DNA from: Minisyncoccota bacterium
GTDB taxonomy: Bacteria > Patescibacteriota > Minisyncoccia > Phycocordibacterales > JABAAK01
DNA length: 64,000 nt
Direction of reading: 5' to 3'
Assembly: GCA_963668425.1 (NCBI GenBank)
Contig: OY764332.1
Span: forward strand, 188,943 to 252,942
Below the pieces are notes generated by a model. That model searched no databases, was not told the DNA's origin, and worked only from the letters and a program-made list of their open reading frames with translations. Below, piece by piece: positions 47,618-55,893 of the stretch. Every line of letters starts with the position of its first letter. Position 1 is the first letter of the stretch. The position numbers and the translations under genes were made by a program.

Positions 47618-48422
47618 ACAGAATACTTAATGGATTGCGGACATCAACGGATATAATTTCCGCCAGTTTTTCTGGATTAGAAAACACTTCTTCAAACACG
47701 ATGTGGAGTGCTCGGGTTGTGTCGTGTGTTGACTCACTGATATCAAGCCAAATACCAATACTGTTTTCAAGTTCAATATGTACCACCTTTGTATCCCGTC
47801 GTAGTGATATCTTTTTTACTAAAAAACCACCATTTTCAAGATACTGCACTATCTCAGGTATTTTTTGAAAATCTGTTATCGCTGAGATACCGTCATCAAA
47901 TATCTGATCACTGAGATGTAGTGTATTAGAGACGGCAATGGTAGTGCCAACCTGTATGTCTGTCTTCATAAAGGCAACTCCTTCTGTGTCAATAATGAGA
48001 CACTGTGTGTCTGAGCAATAGGTACCGAACGATGTTCTTTTTTTTGCCACGATCTGCCATTTATTTAAGAAATTTGATTTTACACTAACGGCGTCTGCCT
48101 GTAAAAAATTTGTTCGTACCATATTTTCAAATTCTTGTTTTTTGAAAAAGTATCGTGTTTTTCCCGGCACTCCATAGACCTTATCACTGAGCGCTTTCTT
48201 TGCATACGTAAGTATTTTTGTTCGTACTGTCTGATCTATATCAGATTCTGGCGCTATAGCAATTGACTGCACTGAAATAAATGGTAGATGTAATGCAGTT
48301 GCTGCAATGATGATTATGATTGCTGTCCCTAGCACAATGCGAATAGTTATCCGTAGCAATTTTTGTGTTGACTTACGGAGAAACCAAATTTTTATTTTAC
48401 TCTTTAGTCCTCTCTTCCTCAT
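47604..48422 (-). CDS. cell division protein FtsQ/DivIB-like (POTRA)
   Basis: Basic N-terminus, single TM (IVLGTAIIIIIAATAL), then a POTRA-like region. Confidence 0.5.
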   Translation of the reverse strand: MRKRGLKSKIKIWFLRKSTQKLLRITIRIVLGTAIIIIIAATALHLPFISVQSIAIAPESDIDQTVRTKILTYAKKALSDKVYGVPGKTRYFFKKQEFENMVRTNFLQADAVSVKSNFLNKWQIVAKKRTSFGTYCSDTQCLIIDTEGVAFMKTDIQVGTTIAVSNTLHLSDQIFDDGISAITDFQKIPEIVQYLENGGFLVKKISLRRDTKVVHIELENSIGIWLDISESTHDTTRALHIVFEEVFSNPEKLAEIISVDVRNPLSILYEKI

Positions 48423-48564
48423 TACTTAAATGGTACAGCACATCTTCACGTATCCAAACAATGAGTATCGTTTGTTAAAACTGTGGTGTACTCATTGCAG
48501 AAAGAGATGGGTACCATCTTTACTTTTGTGTTCTGCGGTATGTAGTACTGCATGTGAACAATTC

Positions 48565-50631
48565 TTATGGTGTCGGTCTTTTGTCCCGAAACCCTACCCC
48601 GTGCAATCGCACTATATCAAGCCCTCCAGTTGGTCCGGCTGTTGTCGGAAGGTGGTATCGCTCAATGTGGTCAGTATCGCTGCAAACGGTATTTAACTCT
48701 ATGCCGCTATATTGTTCTTTTGCTCCTGTCGTTGGCTCCAGGAGATACACTTCGTCAACCTTCCCAGAAATGAGCGAGGTTCCTATCACAGCTACAATAT
48801 TTTTACTTGGGTGCTTATTGGAAAGACGGTTAAAGACAACCTGCTGATCATTTTCTGCGGTTGTATCACACAAGACTCTTTGCTTGTTGTTTGGTGCCTC
48901 GTTTTTGTTGAACACTGAGATGACTGTCGCGGTATCCGATGCTCTCACACCGCTAAAATATACCAGTCGCCCATTTTTATTAATAGCTATAGGTAGGTTC
49001 CTGAAATGCAGATGATCAGTGAGTGGTGATGTATCACTTGTTGCGATTGTGGTTACTGTGGTATCAAGTATGCTGTCAATGGCACAAAGGGCGGTGCCAT
49101 CTGAGCATAGTATGGTGTATGTATTCAACCCATTGCCGTATGCAAAAATATTTCCGTTGGCAATTGCGTCACTTCGCTTTAATTTTGATGCTCTTGAGCC
49201 GGCCGATACCACGTGCTTACCGGCGCTGTCCCGATACCAGAGTGAAACTGTGTTGTTGATAACCTGCAATGCATCAAGGAATCTGAAAGACACATTGTTA
49301 ATTTCACTCGGTGTGATGTTGGTGTTGTTGTCTGGGTTTGGGTCTGGGTATATCTGTCGACAACGATTACTGGATGTGTTGTTCGGCACATACTCAAATT
49401 CACTACACCCGCCGTTAATATCACCTGAGGAGATAGGGGCGTTGCCACTGAATAGGCGAACCGTTCGATTGCCGGCAGTATTTCTGAAGTATATAAGCAC
49501 TCGATTAGCATCACTGTATATGTGTCGTACGGTGTTCTTGCTGACACCACCCTCTACGATACGGGTTGAGGAAGCATTATCAATTCTATAGAGCACACCA
49601 CTGTATGATCGTGCGTATAGGAGCCCTCCTGAAGGGTGGATGGACACAATGCTTCGCGGATCGTTTGTGCAAAAGCGACAGGTGCTGAGGTTTGACTTCC
49701 CCAGTACCCGAACAACAGCATCCTGTATCCTGGAAGACACTTTATACACCGCATCTTTTACTCCAACAGACCCGCTTGCAGTTAGCGCTTCATCTATGGA
49801 TGTCTGTGGAATGAAAAAGAGTAGTCCATTATCTCCGAGGATATAGAGCCCATCGTTAGTAAATTCAGCTGCGATTATTTTTGCACTCTCTTCACAAAAA
49901 CTATCCACAAAGGTGTTTCCTAATCCATCCCGACATACGATTTCAGCATTCTCTGGATTAGTGACGATACTGCCGTTCTCATCAAGGTACTGCCCTGACT
50001 CATCCACTCTTGGGCCATATGCATAGTGATACACAACTGAGGCATCTTCATTTTCGGAGCTGCTGACAAAGGTGCTCAGAATATTTTGACCTGGCTCAAG
50101 TATGCGGCTGGTAATCTGTGTCTTGAATGAGATTTGTTTTGTATTGCCGTCAATGACATATTCCGCATCAATTTGTGCCTGTACTCTCGGTTGCTTTGTA
50201 GTGTCATTTTCTAGTTCAAAGGAGAGGTTTGTTACCGAAACGGACTTGTCAGTAAACGGCACCCATCCATCAGAGGAGCTGCATGTATTCGGGTCTGGAT
50301 CAAATAGTTTTTTTGCTCGCTTTACCTGCTTATTTGTACTGTCATACCAAATTTTTATTCGTGCATTTAATTGATCAGTAAATGCCAGGCAGTGGCATGT
50401 GTTTCCTACCGTTTGCCCACAGGTGTAGTCATACCCGAAATAGGTCTCGCGTGATAACTCAGAGAACAGAAACCGAACGGTCTCAAGTGCAACTCTCTCA
50501 TCCTGTACCCGCACTTGCTGCCCAATAAATGTGGTAAAAAAGCTTAACATAGTGGTCAACACAATACTCGCCAATCCGATAGCGACAATGAGTTCAATGA
50601 GTGTAAAGCCCCGTGTATGTGAAGACCTCAT
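48565..50631 (-). CDS. very large type IV pilin-like protein (prepilin N-terminal methylation motif + ~650-aa domain)
   Basis: Start at Met14. RGFTLIELIVAIGLASIVLTTMLSFF is a class III signal / N-methylation site (G|FTLIE), followed by a large Cys-containing domain. Confidence 0.75.
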   Translation of the reverse strand: MRSSHTRGFTLIELIVAIGLASIVLTTMLSFFTTFIGQQVRVQDERVALETVRFLFSELSRETYFGYDYTCGQTVGNTCHCLAFTDQLNARIKIWYDSTNKQVKRAKKLFDPDPNTCSSSDGWVPFTDKSVSVTNLSFELENDTTKQPRVQAQIDAEYVIDGNTKQISFKTQITSRILEPGQNILSTFVSSSENEDASVVYHYAYGPRVDESGQYLDENGSIVTNPENAEIVCRDGLGNTFVDSFCEESAKIIAAEFTNDGLYILGDNGLLFFIPQTSIDEALTASGSVGVKDAVYKVSSRIQDAVVRVLGKSNLSTCRFCTNDPRSIVSIHPSGGLLYARSYSGVLYRIDNASSTRIVEGGVSKNTVRHIYSDANRVLIYFRNTAGNRTVRLFSGNAPISSGDINGGCSEFEYVPNNTSSNRCRQIYPDPNPDNNTNITPSEINNVSFRFLDALQVINNTVSLWYRDSAGKHVVSAGSRASKLKRSDAIANGNIFAYGNGLNTYTILCSDGTALCAIDSILDTTVTTIATSDTSPLTDHLHFRNLPIAINKNGRLVYFSGVRASDTATVISVFNKNEAPNNKQRVLCDTTAENDQQVVFNRLSNKHPSKNIVAVIGTSLISGKVDEVYLLEPTTGAKEQYSGIELNTVCSDTDHIERYHLPTTAGPTGGLDIVRLHGVGFRDKRPTP

Positions 50632-50949
50632 GTACTTATAATACCACCCTGCTGTGGTGGCATAGGACACTGTATTGCCATTATAATTAGGTAGATATAT
50701 TCTAATGTGTATGCAAAAAGGGACTTAATTTGCCCTTAAACATGCTCTGCAGTTATCAAAAAACCCTATAAAATAAGGATTTTTCTTATATTTTCTCTTA
50801 AAATTGACGAAATTTGATAAATATTGTATACTATATATAGTTTTTCTTTGACACACAATCCACATAAGGCAATCTATATCTGATACAAATGGTTGTTTTG
50901 TGTGGGTTGTGTGTTGTAATTTAACTAAATAACTAAAAAAGGAGAATGT

Positions 50950-51273
50950 ATGTTAGGAACTGGAATTTCTGTAAATGGAGAGCGTGTGTTGCTGAGCCCT
51001 GAACCTCAGGAAACGGAAGCGATTGATGGTTCCGCTGATCGTGGGATCATTTTGGTTGACAACCTCGGCAAGAGATCGGTTTTTATGCCGAAGGGCACCT
51101 CCCGGAGAGATCGTGCACGACATAGGAGCAAGAGACCGATCCGATCTTGGGTGTCCCGCTTTTGCTCAGAGGCACGTGGGCAGATATCTGCCCACACGTA
51201 CTTGCGGGTAAATGGCACTGTAACCATATATCCCGCCTCTGAAGATCTTAGACGAATGCTCCTAAGTGATTAA
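50950..51273 (+). CDS. small hypothetical protein (or non-coding structured RNA) in a GC-rich block
   Basis: AAGGAG lies 6 nt upstream of ATG 50950. The 107-aa ORF is Arg-rich, local GC is ~55-58% against ~42% for the surroundings, and a strong terminator follows. Confidence 0.3.
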   Translation: MLGTGISVNGERVLLSPEPQETEAIDGSADRGIILVDNLGKRSVFMPKGTSRRDRARHRSKRPIRSWVSRFCSEARGQISAHTYLRVNGTVTIYPASEDLRRMLLSD

Positions 51274-51308
51274 ACTTTAAAGGCAGTGAGGATTTGCCTG
51301 AAACCTCA

Positions 51309-51350
51309 ACCCAGCAGTTTACTAAACACTGCTGGGTTTTTTGTTTTTTA
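51309..51350 (+). terminator. rho-independent terminator
   Basis: aacccagcag / ctgctgggtt stem followed by ttttttgtttttt. Confidence 0.85.
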
Positions 51351-51379
51351 TACAAACTGTGCTCAGTACGTTGCTCTGT

Positions 51380-52966
51380 TTATATCGGTGGTGTTCGGTA
51401 GGTAACCGCTTCCAGAATATGATCCGGCAAAATATCTGCACTTTCCGCTAAGTCGGCAATGGTTCTTGCACATTTGATTGTGCGATGATAGCCACGTGGA
51501 GACAGTGAGAGTTTTGTTGCAGCTGATTGAAGTATAGAGACCGATTCAGATGGCATCGCAAGATGACTTTCAATAATCCGTGCATCGGCTTCACTGTTGA
51601 GATGTATGTGGGTGTTCGTATACCGATTTGCCTGTGCTTTCCGTGCTTTATGTACTGCTGCTTTGATACTGTTTGTTTTTGTGGCATCTTGTGGCACCTG
51701 CTTCTTTTCTAGTTCATCAAAGTTGCTTGCCTCCACTGCTATCCATACATCAATACGGTCGGCGATTGGTCCGGTGAGTTTTCGGCGATATGCTGTTTTT
51801 GACGATGGCGAACAAGAACATATTTTATCGGTACCTGTATTGCCGCACGGACATAGATTAAATGCAATCACCAGAGTGCATGATGCTGGGAATCTGACCG
51901 ATCCACTTGTTCTGGTGACAGTGATAGCATGCTCTTCAAGTGGCTCTCGTAGTGATTCAATAACCCGTCTATCAAACTCAGGAAACTCATCTAGGAACAG
52001 CACACCACGATGTGCAAGGGATATCTCGCCTGGACGTAGCGCTCTGCCACCACCTGTAATTGATGCATATGAAGAGGTGTGGTGTGGGTTGCGAAATGGT
52101 GGTGTACTAATCGGCTCGGAAGGGATGCTATGAGAGATTGAATGTAGAGATGTCACTTCAACACATTCATTTTTTGTGAGTGGTGGTAGGATACTGATAA
52201 GTGCTTTTGCTAGTAATGTTTTACCGGCACCTGGTGGTCCGTATAGTGCGATATTGTGTCCGCCTGCGCCGGCAACGGTAAGTGCTCGTTTCACACTTTC
52301 CTGCCCTTTTACACACTCAAAGTCAACATAGTTGTTGGTGTTTTTCTCGGGGATATATGATGGCATAGTTGGGGGTATGTTTGTCTCGGACTGCAGGTGT
52401 GCTATAACTACCTGCAACGATTTACATGGAATGATGCTTATGCCGTCAATCAGTGCTGCTTCTTTTGTATTGCCGAAAGGGATGTATACTTCTTCAAATC
52501 CATTTTTCTTTGCGTGTTGCAGGATTGGTAGTATCCCTCGTGTTGATTGAATACTGCCGTCTAATGCTAATTCGCCGATGAATAGTTTTTTCTCTGGGTT
52601 AAAATAGAGTTTTTTTATGGCAAGTAAATAGGTGAGGGCGACTGGAACATCAAATAGCGTGCCGGTTTTTTTCAGATCACCTGGTGCAAGTGAGACAACA
52701 ATTTTATGATTTTGTTGTTTTGGTGAGATGAGTCCAGAATGTTTGATTGCCGCGGCTACTCGTTCTCGTGCCTCATCAACTGCTTTATCAGGCAGCCCGA
52801 TGATGGAGAATGTATGAATACCGGGGGAGATATCAACCTCAACTCGCACTGTTTGTGCTGCCAGAGATATTCGTTGGGCACTGTAGGTGTATGCGTGTGT
52901 TGTGTTTTGTGTATTTTTTTTCACATACTCACTATAGTACAGTCGCGTGAAAAAGTAAAAAATCAC
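51380..52966 (-). CDS. comM: YifB/ComM family Mg-chelatase-like AAA+ ATPase (competence protein ComM)
   Basis: N-terminal Lon-protease-like domain (VEVDISPGIHTFSIIGLPDKAVDEARERV). Walker A (IALYGPPGAGKTLLA), Walker B (VLFLDEFPEF). The start codon is uncertain. Confidence 0.8.
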   Translation of the reverse strand: MIFYFFTRLYYSEYVKKNTQNTTHAYTYSAQRISLAAQTVRVEVDISPGIHTFSIIGLPDKAVDEARERVAAAIKHSGLISPKQQNHKIVVSLAPGDLKKTGTLFDVPVALTYLLAIKKLYFNPEKKLFIGELALDGSIQSTRGILPILQHAKKNGFEEVYIPFGNTKEAALIDGISIIPCKSLQVVIAHLQSETNIPPTMPSYIPEKNTNNYVDFECVKGQESVKRALTVAGAGGHNIALYGPPGAGKTLLAKALISILPPLTKNECVEVTSLHSISHSIPSEPISTPPFRNPHHTSSYASITGGGRALRPGEISLAHRGVLFLDEFPEFDRRVIESLREPLEEHAITVTRTSGSVRFPASCTLVIAFNLCPCGNTGTDKICSCSPSSKTAYRRKLTGPIADRIDVWIAVEASNFDELEKKQVPQDATKTNSIKAAVHKARKAQANRYTNTHIHLNSEADARIIESHLAMPSESVSILQSAATKLSLSPRGYHRTIKCARTIADLAESADILPDHILEAVTYRTPPI

Positions 52967-52980
52967 CGAACAACGTTGTC

Positions 52981-54693
52981 TTAAAAGGTATTTGTGGAAC
53001 GGATTCTTGCGTTTATGAGTGGTATAACGGATTCTTCACCGGCAATAAACACTAGGATGGATCGGCCAAAGAAGTAATAGAAAATCTCTTTTTGACTTGA
53101 CGGGTTTCGTATCACACGAACATCTTGGTTATCAATAATACGAGATTCAACAATCACATTACTTACTTTTGACTGTTGGAAGAAGTTCGGAAAAACAGCA
53201 AGGAAGGCGTTGATTGCATTCTTTTCCCAGTTCCGTATCCACACAAATGCATCACCGTATTTTTTTACTGATGCAATGAATATGCCGTTTACTTCAGTTT
53301 GTGTCAGATATTTTCCGACGAAATAGTAATCGTCAAAGGCGTTTTGTAACCCTCCTGGAAAACGCACATTGAAAGTGTCGGAAAAATCCTCAAAGCTGAT
53401 TTGCAATTCTTTTTCTTCAACCGGCTTATACGGCACATACTTTGTTATTGTGTCCTGTTCACCTTTTTTTTCTGTGATAGATTGCCATGTATCAGATAGG
53501 GCTATTGTATCTGATGTATCTACAAATACTTGATTTTCACTGTTGAGCACATCGGATACCAGAGTTATATCTGCTGTGCCGTTGCTGTTTTCGATCGGTT
53601 TTTCTGCAGGAGACAGTGCGAGGAATATAATAGAAAAAAGCAACCCGGCGAGTAGGAAAAAGACGATGGCAAGTAATAACATATTTTGTCTCCGAAGTGG
53701 CTTGTTCGGTACCGGCTCATCCGAAGAAGTGGCATATGACCGGACATCCCGTGCTTTTAATCCTATTTGTTGTAATTTTTTCTTTTTTTGCTTGAAATCT
53801 TTCCATGCGTCCTGGATTGCTCCCTTTTCAATAACTTCCTGCTGCTTCTGCTTTAGTGACTCCCTTTTTTCTTTTGTAAAAACATCTTTGGGGCGTATTC
53901 TGCCTTGGGCTCGTGCAAAAATACCCTTCCTTTCTGCTGTTGGATCGCTTGATTTTTCTGTGCTGCTTGGTGCCCTTGTATCAGGACTCTTAGTTGGCGT
54001 GGCAGGTTTTGACTGTTCTCCTTTTGGGGTACTTGCTGTACCGGAGACAGGTTTTCCTGATGGCTCTTTTTGTTGTTCTTTGGTAGCATCATGCGCTGAT
54101 TGCATGTATGCAGTTGCTCCAGAGAGAATACGAGTTATGTTTTCTTGATCGATGGATTTTGCATCGGCATTAATGGTGGATGCTTTTGGTGTTTGTGTGC
54201 CAACGCCCTGCTTTTGTTTTCCTTGGACGAAATTTTTATACCTGTCCCGCAACACCACTGACTCCTTCATGACGTCTTTAGTTTTTCTGAGATACTCTTC
54301 CTGCGCTTGTCGCTTTTCTTCTGCCTCTTTTGCTAGTATGGTGCGTAATTCGGCACCACCTTTTGTTTGTGCCATGTCTCTTGTGTCCTGATGATAGGTT
54401 CGCAAGACGGGTACCATGTACTCTTTTTTGTTTTCTTTGTCTTTTTTTGGAAGTTTTTCTGTCGTTGTGTTTTTATTTTGTATCTCTTGCTCAACGGTAT
54501 TTTTTTTGTGCTCATTTTTTTTACCCTCTCGCATAAATTCACCGGACTCATCAACAGCTGAAGCGTTAATAGACGCGAGGTCAATGGTGTCTTTTTGCGG
54601 CAGGTTTGTCGCTTTCTCATTACCTTGCAAGGAAGATGTGTCAGATTTTACTTTATTTTTATCACTGGGTATCTGTTTTTTATCTTGTGCCAT
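52981..54693 (-). CDS. membrane-anchored hypothetical protein with long K/E/Q-rich cytoplasmic N-terminus
   Basis: ~340 aa of low complexity, a TM (LLLAIVFFLLAGLLFSIIFLAL), and a ~200-aa outside domain. Confidence 0.5.
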   Translation of the reverse strand: MAQDKKQIPSDKNKVKSDTSSLQGNEKATNLPQKDTIDLASINASAVDESGEFMREGKKNEHKKNTVEQEIQNKNTTTEKLPKKDKENKKEYMVPVLRTYHQDTRDMAQTKGGAELRTILAKEAEEKRQAQEEYLRKTKDVMKESVVLRDRYKNFVQGKQKQGVGTQTPKASTINADAKSIDQENITRILSGATAYMQSAHDATKEQQKEPSGKPVSGTASTPKGEQSKPATPTKSPDTRAPSSTEKSSDPTAERKGIFARAQGRIRPKDVFTKEKRESLKQKQQEVIEKGAIQDAWKDFKQKKKKLQQIGLKARDVRSYATSSDEPVPNKPLRRQNMLLLAIVFFLLAGLLFSIIFLALSPAEKPIENSNGTADITLVSDVLNSENQVFVDTSDTIALSDTWQSITEKKGEQDTITKYVPYKPVEEKELQISFEDFSDTFNVRFPGGLQNAFDDYYFVGKYLTQTEVNGIFIASVKKYGDAFVWIRNWEKNAINAFLAVFPNFFQQSKVSNVIVESRIIDNQDVRVIRNPSSQKEIFYYFFGRSILVFIAGEESVIPLINARIRSTNTF

Positions 54694-54808
54694 ACACTTA
54701 TCATACCTTGATTTTGCGGTATGTATTGGTGATGTATATCATATACCAATGACTTGTGTTGTGTAGTTATTTTGGTATACTGTTTCTGATTACGGTATAC
54801 ATCTATAC

Positions 54809-55429
54809 ATGTTTCAATACAAAAAAGCAGTCCAAGTACTTAATTTTTTTGCTCGCAAGGCAGAGGAGGAGGGGGTTTCGCTGTATAAGACGAATATGCT
54901 GAAGTTGGTATACTTTGCTGACAAAAAACACCTCAGGGAATCATTGCGGACTATTACCGCGGACAGTTATATTGCAAAACAGAAGGGACCTGTGGCACGA
55001 GATACCTGCGCCCTCATTGAAACTCAGGCAGGTACTACAGAACAGGAATCGGAAACTGTGCAATATGCGAATACATTTATTATTTCTGAGGAAAAATGGC
55101 GACCATGGAATAGGAAAAAAGGTATAAAAATAATGTCAAAAAAGGAAGTTGATAAAAAGGTGCTTTCAGCGTCAGACATAGAAACACTTACTTTTATATG
55201 GAGTGTATGCAAAGCGGACTTGCGGGACTTATGGAAAAAAACTCATTTATATCCGGAAGGGAAAAAAGCAGAGGGAGGGAGGGCATGGGCGGAAATTAAG
55301 GAAGAAGAGCTTTTCAGTACAATTGAGAATGATCCACTCGGTGAGCAAACTGTTGCAGAGATTAAAAATGCTGAAGAGTTGTACCGAGAGCGGAAGGAGG
55401 CGAAAATGGCATTCGGAATAACAACCTAA
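54809..55429 (+). CDS. Panacea/DUF4065-domain protein (SocA/GepA-like putative antitoxin)
   Basis: MLKLVYFADKKHLRESLRTITADSYIAKQKGPVARDTCALIE fits the DUF4065 core (KLqKLLYyA...GPV). Confidence 0.65.
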   Translation: MFQYKKAVQVLNFFARKAEEEGVSLYKTNMLKLVYFADKKHLRESLRTITADSYIAKQKGPVARDTCALIETQAGTTEQESETVQYANTFIISEEKWRPWNRKKGIKIMSKKEVDKKVLSASDIETLTFIWSVCKADLRDLWKKTHLYPEGKKAEGGRAWAEIKEEELFSTIENDPLGEQTVAEIKNAEELYRERKEAKMAFGITT

Positions 55430-55455
55430 ATGGCAGTATGAAGGTAGGAAGTGTT

Positions 55456-55770
55456 ATGGTCTCAAGTTTGGGTGGCAAGCAGCATAGGGCGGTCTGTGTT
55501 GGGGTGGATTCAAACGGTTTTGTTGCTCTGGTATTAGCGACATCAAAAGTAGCGAAAGTAAAAGAGCTTGCATCCCGTAGGCAAAATTTGCGTACTGCGG
55601 AATCTGTCGTTGAAGTTACGCAGGAGGAGTATCAAAGCGGTCTACATCCAGATATTTGCTCACTTACCAAACATACTTGTTTTGATTGTAATGAAATAAT
55701 TACTCATCATGTTGACTTATTACTTGAAAAAATACCCCCCCTTGTGATCCACTGCCGATGGATATTTTAG
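55456..55770 (+). CDS. small protein downstream of the Panacea gene; candidate toxin (weak MazF/PemK-like pattern)
   Basis: An AGGAAG SD lies 4 nt before ATG 55456; the track ORF starts at 55438. GGKQHRAVCVGVDSNGFVALVLATSK loosely resembles the MazF RPALVLS...VIVAPITS pattern. Confidence 0.4.
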   Translation: MVSSLGGKQHRAVCVGVDSNGFVALVLATSKVAKVKELASRRQNLRTAESVVEVTQEEYQSGLHPDICSLTKHTCFDCNEIITHHVDLLLEKIPPLVIHCRWIF

Positions 55771-55893
55771 ATACAATCCGACAAGTGATTATTCTTTCTC
55801 CTGAGATAGAGACATATACTAAAGAACGATTCAAAATAACATGATCATTTTCCTCCTCTTTACAATGTCTGTCGTGCAGTAGCTATGTGCATA

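Noticed and set aside
50700-50950. Possible oriC (DnaA-box-like aATCCACA, AT-rich, adjacent GATC cluster)
   Set aside because: Only one weak DnaA-box-like match and no dnaA or dnaN nearby. The AT-rich stretch is adequately explained as a divergent promoter region.
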